Positions 29,976 through 38,285 of a stretch of 64,000 nucleotides of DNA are shown here, piece by piece. The first letter of the stretch is position 1. The number at the start of each line of letters is the position of its first letter. The stretch spans positions 1,056,001 through 1,120,000 of the forward strand of contig AP038806.1 in NCBI GenBank assembly GCA_047150005.1, given 5' to 3'. Both the position numbers and the translations under genes were made by a program. The stretch comes from Nitrospira sp. (GTDB taxonomy: Bacteria > Nitrospirota > Nitrospiria > Nitrospirales > Nitrospiraceae). A model generated the notes under the pieces. It saw only the letters and a program-made list of their open reading frames with translations. It did no database searches and was not told where the DNA came from.

Positions 29976-31400
29976 CTAGTGCGCGATGATACACCGATCG
30001 GGTTCACCTTGCCGCCTTGCCGGCGTGACAAGACCGTTGCTCAGGAATGCCCGGACACGGATGCTGGTCAGGCGCTTGACCGCTTGAGCCGGCAGCCGGT
30101 ACTGCACAGTGAACGGCGCATCATCTCGAATGACCGCCACATATCCTTTCTCAGCCTCGGTCACGAAGTTCGAGTCGGCGGCGCTACGTCGGTCTACCCG
30201 GAGGTCGTAGTCCCCGTTACTGATTCTGATGAACATCCGGCCGCTCGGCGTGTGTTGGTAGCGAATCTGTTCCACGGGAAAGAGCCGGCGCAGCGGAAAC
30301 CACTCCGCTTCCCCTCTGGCCAGCACCCCCATTAGTTCAGGCCCGATCCGGCATGACGCCAAGGCCGTCGTATCGTGGAGAAATTCCACCGCGAGCGCTA
30401 GTCGCATCACTTCATTTTGAAAGTACGTGGCTACCTCGAGCTCTTTGGCAATTCGCACAAGTGTGACCATCGCCCCGTCCCGCAAGAGTGCGCCGGTGCT
30501 CGTCTCCTGAACCCCATAGTGCGCGTCTCTCCCAAACCGGAGAGGGAAGCTCGTTCGCCCACCCTCCAGCGAGACCGCCGTTTCAGGTCGGACCGTGCCG
30601 CCCAACTCGCGTGCGCCAGCATCCAAGGCTTCACGAAGCGCCTGAGACACCCGCATGGCAATCGGAATTGTAAGCAGACGGTCGGACGGGTGCCCCGACA
30701 GCGGGGTTGCCTGCGGGGCTCCCACCGTCACGACAAAGCCGCTGGTGAGGATGGCCTGCAGCAGGCCGTCCAGGACGTCTTTCTGGTGATCGGCGGTGTC
30801 ACCCAATTGCGAACCCGACACAAGCCGTTCGAACAGCTCACCCTCTTCGCTCTGAACCCGCGTGAAGGCCTGGGCCCCCTCGCGAATATGCTCAAGCGCA
30901 GCCGCACGATCGCGGCCGGGAGCCGTCTGTGCGGCACGTCGTTTCCAGTCATCGAGCTCCCGGCTGACCTTCGCGTATTCCTCCTGAAGCTGACGGTATT
31001 CTCCCGCGATGTTTCGGCCTCGGATCCGGCGGGCAAGTTCCTCCATACGGTCCGTCGTCACGGTCGCATGGATCTTGATGTAGAAGCGGAGCCCCTCGGC
31101 AACGAGGGTGCGGGCCTTCTCAAGGATGTCGACCTGCAGGACGCCGCCGGCGATCGTCTCGATCTCGTCGGCCGTCACGTCGAGATGCTGCGCCTTGGTA
31201 TAGCTCTCCACGTAGGTACCCGCCTCTTCCAACGCCGCTTGCTTGGCCTTTTGGAGCACGCGAGCCTCCGCAAAGTCCGGTGTCTCTCCATCGCCCATGA
31301 TGTAGGTGGCCTCTGCGGTAATGCTCTTTGTATCCGCGAAGGCAGGGACCACGCCGGCGAGGAGGAGGATGCAGAGCCAGATCGAGCAACGGATGGACAT
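29976..31400 (-). CDS. Secreted hypothetical protein
   Basis: Signal peptide ending VVPAFA-D; central coiled-coil-like segment. Confidence 0.65.
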   Translation of the reverse strand: MSIRCSIWLCILLLAGVVPAFADTKSITAEATYIMGDGETPDFAEARVLQKAKQAALEEAGTYVESYTKAQHLDVTADEIETIAGGVLQVDILEKARTLVAEGLRFYIKIHATVTTDRMEELARRIRGRNIAGEYRQLQEEYAKVSRELDDWKRRAAQTAPGRDRAAALEHIREGAQAFTRVQSEEGELFERLVSGSQLGDTADHQKDVLDGLLQAILTSGFVVTVGAPQATPLSGHPSDRLLTIPIAMRVSQALREALDAGARELGGTVRPETAVSLEGGRTSFPLRFGRDAHYGVQETSTGALLRDGAMVTLVRIAKELEVATYFQNEVMRLALAVEFLHDTTALASCRIGPELMGVLARGEAEWFPLRRLFPVEQIRYQHTPSGRMFIRISNGDYDLRVDRRSAADSNFVTEAEKGYVAVIRDDAPFTVQYRLPAQAVKRLTSIRVRAFLSNGLVTPARRQGEPDRCIIAH

Positions 31401-31727
31401 CTGAGTCAGCCTCTGTTGAGAAGGAGGTTATTCTAGGGAGTGCGTCGCCGGCCAGGCAAGGGGCTGTTACCAACCGGTCCCTTGGGAACACGGACCCGAT
31501 GATTCGAAGCGCCACAGGCATGAGCCCGAAGAACGGTCACGATTCGGCTTCAGAGGCGGGAGAGGGCAGACGGTCGGCCCGATGTCCCCGGGGAGGTTCG
31601 TACTCCGTCCGGGACTACGCAGCGCGCCCCTACGTTTAGTCGTGACGCGCTGGGCGCGGGCCTGCTCTGACCCTATCACTCGTCTTCACGGTCAAGCAAG
31701 GGAAGCCGTCCGAGCCGGCAGCTGCAG

Positions 31728-33125
31728 GTGACAAGGACATCAAGTCAGCGTTCCATCCATCCGGCCAGTCGAACCCAGCTCGGCGCGCTGCTCGATCGCC
31801 TCCGGAGTGGGGACGTGCCGACCGAGCGCCAGGTGTACGGGCCGTCCTTGCTCGATGCGCTCCATGAAAAAGGCGGCCTCCTCGATCAGAGCGGGGAGCT
31901 GTCGGCGCTCGGCGTCGATGAGGCGCGGAAACCCTTTGCGAAGAAACTGATCCGTGAGGGCGGGCTCACCCTCGATCGGGCGGCGGAACTGATGCACGAG
32001 GCGGGCTATCTGGAGGATCGGGACATTGGCACGCTGCTGGCCGGCCTCGACGCGGAGGTCCGCGGGACGCCGGTGTTCCGATCCGGGCGCGAGAATCCGC
32101 AACTGTTCGACCTGTCGCAACAGCTCGGGGATCTGAAGCACTACCTTGACGAGTTGGCGATCTCGCTGGACACCACGCCGAACGAGGCGATCAAGCAGCT
32201 CTTGGAGCAGCAGCGGCAGAGGCCGACTGCGCCAACCGAGGGCGAGACGTTCACGCAGGCCCGCGAGCCGGCCGTTGTCTTGACGGGGCACGAGCTGGGC
32301 GAGTTCGGGTCAGAGGTGAAGGCGTGGAAGCAGGCGGGCTTGGCATTTTACCGCACCTTGCAGGAGGGCCCCCCGGCGCATCACCCGGTCTTAGGAGACG
32401 TCGCGTTTACTCGGGTCGGACAAAACAAGCTGCGGCATATCAGTGCGACGCCGCTTCGGTGGCAAATGCTTCCTGGTCTCCGTGAGATTGTCGCTCGTGC
32501 CGAGTTGCGTGATACCCAGCCGGCGCACGGGCGGCGCGACAGCATTGTCGCCTTTCACTGGCTGGAGACGACGGTCCGTGTCGGCGAGCGGGACTATCGG
32601 GTCGGGGTGCACGTCGCGGAGGATGTGAACGGGAGGAAATTTTACAATCTCAACGAAGATCTTCAGGCCTGGCGGCAGAAATATCAAACCCCTGAGCGGA
32701 CCCAAGCATTCAACCTCGGGGCCCAGGGGTCTGCGGCTCCAGAGGGAGCCCAAGATCACCAACTCGGGTCTCAGGAGCCTGAAGAAGGCGAGCCCGACGG
32801 CCCAACCTTCTTCCAGAGTGTACCGCCAACCGAGAACGGAATCAACCTCGCGATTCAGCCCCTCCAGCAGTCGGCCGGCGACGACGCCAAGGGCGCGATC
32901 ACCTTCGGCCGCGGGCAGATCAATATTCAGCTGCTCGAAGGCGCCGACCTCTCCACGTTCATTCACGAGACCGGGCACCTGTACCTCAACGAGCTCATCG
33001 ACGATGCCCTGACGCCGGGCACGCCGGAGGCGCTCCGGCAGGATCTCGAGGCGTGGGCCCAGAAATACCAAACCCCTGGGGGGACCGCGCCATTCAATGC
33101 ACGGGGCCAGGGGCAAGACCCCTGA
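31728..33125 (+). CDS. Fragment of a phage large polyvalent/ejection protein with putative LPD3/BECR-fold nuclease domain (~32271-32652) and HExxH segment
   Basis: LTGHEL...G.VAFT..G..KL...V.V.ED.NGRKFYNL resembles LPD3/PBECR domains; ADLSTFIHETGH motif. Confidence 0.55.
   Translation: MTRTSSQRSIHPASRTQLGALLDRLRSGDVPTERQVYGPSLLDALHEKGGLLDQSGELSALGVDEARKPFAKKLIREGGLTLDRAAELMHEAGYLEDRDIGTLLAGLDAEVRGTPVFRSGRENPQLFDLSQQLGDLKHYLDELAISLDTTPNEAIKQLLEQQRQRPTAPTEGETFTQAREPAVVLTGHELGEFGSEVKAWKQAGLAFYRTLQEGPPAHHPVLGDVAFTRVGQNKLRHISATPLRWQMLPGLREIVARAELRDTQPAHGRRDSIVAFHWLETTVRVGERDYRVGVHVAEDVNGRKFYNLNEDLQAWRQKYQTPERTQAFNLGAQGSAAPEGAQDHQLGSQEPEEGEPDGPTFFQSVPPTENGINLAIQPLQQSAGDDAKGAITFGRGQINIQLLEGADLSTFIHETGHLYLNELIDDALTPGTPEALRQDLEAWAQKYQTPGGTAPFNARGQGQDP
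32688..32813 (-). ncRNA. Putative antisense hairpin-array RNA 1 (leader hairpin plus 2 units)
   Basis: Units at 32688-32730 and 32735-32779, leader at 32781-32813; plus-strand A.C mismatches become G.U pairs on the minus strand. Confidence 0.6.
32817..32845 (-). promoter_or_regulatory. Sigma70-type promoter, antisense, inside the CDS
   Basis: TTGATT-N17-TACACT on the minus strand. Confidence 0.65.
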
Positions 33126-33243
33126 GGGGGCCCAGGACTTCAAACCTGGGAATCAGGGGTCTGCGGCCCCTGAGAATTCCCGCGCATCCGAACACGGGGC
33201 CCAGGGGCCTGAGGAAGGCGAGCCCGGCGGCCCGACCTTCTTC
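33073..33243 (-). ncRNA. Putative antisense hairpin-array RNA 2 (leader hairpin plus 3 units)
   Basis: Units at 33073-33113, 33116-33162 and 33165-33209, leader at 33211-33243; inner stems differ in sequence but keep pairing. Confidence 0.6.
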
Positions 33244-33246
33244 GAA

Positions 33247-33275
33247 AGTGTACCGCCAGAGGCGGACGGGATCAA
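33247..33275 (-). promoter_or_regulatory. Sigma70-type promoter for array 2
   Basis: TTGATC-N17-TACACT on the minus strand. Confidence 0.65.
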
Positions 33276-33322
33276 CTCTTCTTGACACGTCGAGTGAGTG
33301 GGAGTATTACAGTCATGACATT

Positions 33323-34021
33323 ATGACCGCTCAACCTACAAATCGGGCTGTCGGATACGTCCGGGTCAGTACCGAGCATCAAGTGCAGGAAGGGATCAGC
33401 CTCGAGGCGCAGCAGACCCGCATCCGGGCCTGGTGCGAGGCCAACGGCTATGCCCTGGACAATGTTCACATCGACGCCGGCCTTTCCGGCTTTCGATCGG
33501 ACAATCGCCCGGCGCTCTTGGCGGCTTTGAGTGAAGCCTGCCGGGCAAAAGCCGCCCTGGTGGTGTATAGCCTCAGCCGCCTGGCTCGATCCACGAAAGA
33601 TGCCATCGCGATCAGTGAGCGGCTGGCCAAGAACGGGGCAGACCTCGTCAGTCTGAGCGAGCGGATTGATACCACGTCAGCAGCGGGCAAGATGATCTTC
33701 CGCATGCTGGCCGTGCTCGCCGAGTTCGAGCGTGATCAGATTAGCGAGCGCACCAAGGCCGCAATGGCGCATCTCCGCCGCCAACGGCGCCGGGTGAGTC
33801 GCCATATCCCCTACGGCTTCTTTCTCGCCGCGGATGGGAAAACGCTCCTTCCGAACGAGACCGAACAGCAGACCCTGGCCCAGATCCGCGCCCTCCGATT
33901 GGAAGGCCTTTCCCTTCGGCAGATCGCGGCGCGACTCACTCGTGATGGGATTCGCACGAAATACGGCCGACCCTGGGCGGCCAAGGTGATTCATGGGCTC
34001 TTACACAGGGAGGTGGCATGA
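33323..34021 (+). CDS. Serine recombinase (resolvase family with C-terminal DNA-binding domain)
   Basis: GYVRVST, SG...RPAL, SLSRLARS, AEFERDQISERT. Confidence 0.9.
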   Translation: MTAQPTNRAVGYVRVSTEHQVQEGISLEAQQTRIRAWCEANGYALDNVHIDAGLSGFRSDNRPALLAALSEACRAKAALVVYSLSRLARSTKDAIAISERLAKNGADLVSLSERIDTTSAAGKMIFRMLAVLAEFERDQISERTKAAMAHLRRQRRRVSRHIPYGFFLAADGKTLLPNETEQQTLAQIRALRLEGLSLRQIAARLTRDGIRTKYGRPWAAKVIHGLLHREVA

Positions 34022-34287
34022 GGAAGAAACCTGGACGCTCGAACGATCGTTTTAAAGCCGTAACTGAAGGCTTTCGTCGGCTCACACCCGAACGCCTGGA
34101 GTCGATCCTGGCGAAACGACAGAAGATGCAGATGCGCGTCTCTGAGTCGGACAAAGCCGACATCGCGGCCACAGCCAAGTGGTTACAGCTCACGGCGACG
34201 GAATATTTGCTTCGCCTGCACTATCTCGCCGCAATGCTGTTAGCCGAACGCATGGGACGAGTCCCGCGAGGCCGCACCAATCGATAG
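34018..34287 (+). CDS. Small hypothetical protein (possible RHH DNA-binding)
   Basis: ATGA overlap and GGAGG RBS; KMQMRVSESDKADI. Confidence 0.55.
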   Translation: MRKKPGRSNDRFKAVTEGFRRLTPERLESILAKRQKMQMRVSESDKADIAATAKWLQLTATEYLLRLHYLAAMLLAERMGRVPRGRTNR

Positions 34288-34380
34288 GAATGGGGGATCG
34301 GCTGATCCGTTACCTGCTCGAGCAGTATTTCAATGGCAAGGGGGCGGCGTAACCCACAACCCAAACCCAAGGAGGGCACC

Positions 34381-34725
34381 ATGGAAACCTTAGCCGTTGT
34401 AAAGACAGACCTTAAGAATACTCGTCTTGAACTGCAAGGACGTATAGCGGTGAGGCACCCAGACGGGACCGTTGAGGAACAGTGCAAAGGGCATCTGAGC
34501 GTTGAGGGGTTTGCAGACGAAGCGGAGCGTGCAGTCGGCATTCTGCAAGAGGTGGTCAGCCGTTTGGGGCTGCTGCTGACAGCCGCAGCCGGAAGCGAAC
34601 AAGTGCCTGCGGATCAGGTGAGAGTGTGTGTTGAGGACGTTCTCCAAGAACTGAAACCTTCGTCCACGATCCACTGGTACATTCGGAATACTGCCGAGGC
34701 GTTCAGGAATGCTGAAGGCCTATAA
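34381..34725 (+). CDS. Hypothetical protein
   Basis: AGGAGG RBS before ATG 34381. Confidence 0.55.
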   Translation: METLAVVKTDLKNTRLELQGRIAVRHPDGTVEEQCKGHLSVEGFADEAERAVGILQEVVSRLGLLLTAAAGSEQVPADQVRVCVEDVLQELKPSSTIHWYIRNTAEAFRNAEGL

Positions 34726-34832
34726 GAGAGGGCAGCCCCCTGAACATGAGACAATTTCGCAGCCCGAGCAACGACCAACCGAGAATGGTCCGGATTCGGA
34801 GCCGCCTCTAACCAACACCGAGGAGGACAATA

Positions 34833-35177
34833 ATGGAAGCGACACTGACTGAAGTTAACGACGAGCAGCTGAAGGAAAAGGAGGCGGCGGACCGCCAAAG
34901 AGTTTGGCGGGAGACAGCGCTCACGAAGGACCTACTCTTTCACGGCCGTGATGAAGCGGGACGGACCGGATGGTTTCTCCGGCTGGCAGTGAGCGGGCTA
35001 TACCCTCGTCGGATTGGCCCCTTCCAGACCCAGCGGCAGGCCCTCGAGGTCTTGGAGGAGTTCATCGCAGACATCCAAACCCGCACGCTATGCGACGTCG
35101 AGAATAATCTGGAGGAGCACCAGGTGTATGTCGCGGAAGGTGTTCCGGTGTTACGGGGAGAGCATGACTGTCCGTGA
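34833..35177 (+). CDS. Hypothetical protein
   Basis: GAGGAGG RBS; overlaps the next gene start. Confidence 0.55.
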   Translation: MEATLTEVNDEQLKEKEAADRQRVWRETALTKDLLFHGRDEAGRTGWFLRLAVSGLYPRRIGPFQTQRQALEVLEEFIADIQTRTLCDVENNLEEHQVYVAEGVPVLRGEHDCP

Positions 35178-36975
35178 GCTGATCCAGGCGTATCAAGCGG
35201 CGGACACCCCGCGCCAACGAGACGAAGACCGGCTGGCGTGGTGGTGGATCGAGCAACTGGGCGACTGTCCGGCGCCGGCCCTCACAACTGAACAGATCCA
35301 ACAGCACATCCAGACCCCTATCCATCGCCGGCGGAGTCCCTGGACCAGCAATTTCTATCTCCGCTTTCTCCGTCGGGTCTGTGCCTGGGCCGTGCAGAGA
35401 TCCATTCTGCTCGCGGATCCTTGCGCCACCATTCCACTGCCCAAAGATCGCCCGGTCACGCTCCGGGTGCTCACGGAAGACGAAGAAGGCCGACTCTGTG
35501 AAGAACTCGGCCAGCCCTACGCCTTGTGGGTTCGGGTTGCCATCCAGACGGGGCTTGAGCAATCCGTGCAGTTTGCCGTGCAATGGCAGGACGTGCACCT
35601 CGAGCGGGCGTGGTGCCAGATCGCCCGGCCACATCCTCGCAAGGTGCCGCTGTCAGCGGAGGCGGTCCTGATCCTCCGCGAGTTGCAGCAGATTCATCCA
35701 CCCTCAGTGTGGGTCTTCCCGGATCTCCGCGATCCGACTCGGCCCGCCAATATCCATAGTTTCTATGTCCGGCGCTGGGAAACCGCCCTCCGACGGGCAG
35801 GAATTCCGCGGTGCGCTTGGAAGGACCTGCGTCATACGTGTGGTGTCCGACTGGCAAAACAGGGCATGCGTCCTGCGGAGATTGCGGCCCGTCTGGGACA
35901 ACGTGAGTTGCGGCAATGCTACTACTATCGAGCCTGGCAGCCGGGAACTCCGTATGTCGCTCGGCACGCGGTGCGCAAGAACGGACTGGTCTTCGCTGAT
36001 CTGGCTGCACGCCAGTTACAGCAACTTCTCACACGCGATCACCGCAGCGCCCCGCTGACGTTCCACGAGTTGTGTCATCTCTATGCCGTCCATCAACTGC
36101 GGCATCGACCGTCACGGCCGCAGTTCGATCGGATCTTTCGGCAGTCGTTTCAGCACTGGAGCGGCCGACCGGCGGAGTCCGTGACGCGGAAGGAAATCCG
36201 AGCCTGGCATGCGAGCCTGGCATCGCGTCCCAGTCATGCGAATAAGGCGCTCACGTTTCTCCGGAGCGCGTACAATCTCGCCAGTGACTTTGAGCTCATC
36301 ACCTGCGCGAACCCCACGCTGCGCATTAAGCGGTATCCCAGCGCACCGCGGGAGCGCTTTCTGGTTTTGGATGAGACGAAACGGTTTCTTGATGGACTTC
36401 AGTACCTGCCCCTCAAGCAGCGGGCCTACCTTCTGACGCTCTTCTTGACCGGGGCGCGCAAGTCTGAAGTCCGGACCATGCAGTGGCACGAGATCGATTT
36501 TCAGACCCGGCTCTGGCGCAAGCCAACCACCAAGACCGGCGTCTCCCATCTCGTGCCGGTCCCCGTCCAAGCGATCGAGATGCTCCAGCAACTCCCTCGG
36601 AACAGTCCATGGATCTTTCGCGGCACGAAGGGCCGACCGTGGAGCGCGCAGACCGTCGATACGTTTTGGCATGTGTTCCGCCGGCGGTGGAAACTCGAAG
36701 ATATCCGGCTGCACGATCTCCGACGCACCTGCGCGTCCTATCTGGCGATCAGCGGCGAAAACCTGCCGACGATTCAGAATGTCCTCAACCACCGAAACCT
36801 GACCCATACCAGTATCTACGCTCGATTGAACGTGAAGGCGGTCGATCGAGCGCTGCAGCGGCAAGCCGATCGACTCTTCGGGATCGGTCAGAACGAGATC
36901 TCGATTCGTGAAATGCACCCGATGATCATCGATCGGTCCGGTACTGAAGGCGAGAGGGTCTCTCATGGTCAATGA
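35164..36975 (+). CDS. Tyrosine recombinase with two tandem integrase modules (first degenerate)
   Basis: Module 1: QTGLEQS, WKDLRHT, RLGQ; module 2: LTGARKSE, HDLRRT, LNH, TSIYA. Confidence 0.82.
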   Translation: MTVRELIQAYQAADTPRQRDEDRLAWWWIEQLGDCPAPALTTEQIQQHIQTPIHRRRSPWTSNFYLRFLRRVCAWAVQRSILLADPCATIPLPKDRPVTLRVLTEDEEGRLCEELGQPYALWVRVAIQTGLEQSVQFAVQWQDVHLERAWCQIARPHPRKVPLSAEAVLILRELQQIHPPSVWVFPDLRDPTRPANIHSFYVRRWETALRRAGIPRCAWKDLRHTCGVRLAKQGMRPAEIAARLGQRELRQCYYYRAWQPGTPYVARHAVRKNGLVFADLAARQLQQLLTRDHRSAPLTFHELCHLYAVHQLRHRPSRPQFDRIFRQSFQHWSGRPAESVTRKEIRAWHASLASRPSHANKALTFLRSAYNLASDFELITCANPTLRIKRYPSAPRERFLVLDETKRFLDGLQYLPLKQRAYLLTLFLTGARKSEVRTMQWHEIDFQTRLWRKPTTKTGVSHLVPVPVQAIEMLQQLPRNSPWIFRGTKGRPWSAQTVDTFWHVFRRRWKLEDIRLHDLRRTCASYLAISGENLPTIQNVLNHRNLTHTSIYARLNVKAVDRALQRQADRLFGIGQNEISIREMHPMIIDRSGTEGERVSHGQ

Positions 36976-37178
36976 AGATGAAGCCCCCCCTCAATGGGAG
37001 TCGCGAGGCATCGAGCTGTCGCGGATACATTTATCGGGGCCTGACCGAGGTTGCCGTGACCACGGGAATTGATTAGGTTCCACCATGGGAGGCGAACGGC
37101 TGGCCTCATGAACCAGCCGGCGGCGTAATCCTGATCGCTGCGCCTCCCACCTCTGACCAGGACCCCGACAGGAGGGGG

Positions 37179-37895
37179 ATGGCAAAGTCTCCACGAAGTC
37201 GATATCAACGCAAGGCCTGGGTCGATCATTTTCGAACGGAATATCTTGTTCCGTTCAGCCAGCAAAAAGAAATTACCGGTCGTCAGGATCTCGCCCGCCG
37301 AGCACTCGTTCGCGGACTGCTAACCTATTTGTCAGTGCCAAAACGTCGATGGAAAGTCGAAAAGTACGCCGGTGAATGGATTGAGGATGGGTTGCTGGAG
37401 TTTCTTGATCAGGTCATGGCCAGGAAGATGGGTGCAGAAATCGATGGCCAATATAACGGCCTGAAAAAGCGCAAGGCCAGAGAGCAGACAAGGGAAGAAA
37501 AGATAGCAGAAACTCATGAGGAGATCACCCGGATCGCCAATACTGTCAGTACTATCATGAGCGACCTACTGCATCATCCTCACCGCTTGACGCTTGAGCG
37601 TGAGTCGGATTGGCTAATTCAGGGAGCCCTGAAGAAAGCGCCGATCAAGGAGAGCGAGCGATGCCGGACTTGGCTTGAGAACAACTTACCTCTTCTGCTA
37701 CGCCAGTTGAACGACTTCAGCCGTTGTGGCTTCCTCGATTGTCCAAGAAGAACCACTATGCCGCACAACGCTGAGCTAAGGAGATGGACGAACTCGTCTC
37801 GTGGTATCGGCGCGTTGCGTTTTCACATCTTGGCCCACTTCCACCACTCCACGTTCGATTCAGTTGAACGAGCCTTTTCCCCTCGCGCCACATAA
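37179..37895 (+). CDS. Hypothetical protein
   Basis: 238-aa ORF with AGGAGG RBS. Confidence 0.55.
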   Translation: MAKSPRSRYQRKAWVDHFRTEYLVPFSQQKEITGRQDLARRALVRGLLTYLSVPKRRWKVEKYAGEWIEDGLLEFLDQVMARKMGAEIDGQYNGLKKRKAREQTREEKIAETHEEITRIANTVSTIMSDLLHHPHRLTLERESDWLIQGALKKAPIKESERCRTWLENNLPLLLRQLNDFSRCGFLDCPRRTTMPHNAELRRWTNSSRGIGALRFHILAHFHHSTFDSVERAFSPRAT

Positions 37896-38058
37896 TCTCA
37901 ATAGTTGTCTCTCATACAGGTGTTGGCCCTTGGCAGTCAGGTGGAACGGTAGAGGGTCCATATTTGCGGGTTATGAATTTGGCCGAACAGCGTATTCTCG
38001 TCAGCGAACGTCAGCAGTGCTGACGAACACACAGTGAGCACGAAAAGGGAGCAATCCA

Positions 38059-38277
38059 ATGCCGTCAGAAGATCTTCCCGTGCGTGCCAAAGAGTGCGCA
38101 CCAATGGTTGGGACATCCGTCAGTTGTCTCTACCGCATGGCACGACAGAATATCGTTCCTGTTCAGCGAACCGGCGTCAAAGGCCGAGGCGTGAGATTCA
38201 TACCCAGAGAAGTAAGAGCGGCGCTAGCAGCGCGTCCAGCGTGGTCAGGAACTTCGAACACCACTCAGGAAAAGTGA
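38059..38277 (+). CDS. Small HTH (AlpA/excisionase-like) protein
   Basis: VRAKECAPMVGTSVSCLYRMARQNIVP..RTG...GVRF; GGGAG RBS; upstream palindrome cgtcagca-g-tgctgacg at 38009-38025. Confidence 0.6.
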   Translation: MPSEDLPVRAKECAPMVGTSVSCLYRMARQNIVPVQRTGVKGRGVRFIPREVRAALAARPAWSGTSNTTQEK

Positions 38278-38285
38278 GGTGACGT

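Noticed and set aside
32688..33243. CRISPR array interpretation of the hairpin units
   Set aside because: Units are degenerate, lack identical repeats separated by unique spacers, and no cas genes were seen
33323..34021. IS607 transposase
   Set aside because: No N-terminal MerR-type HTH and no tnpB downstream
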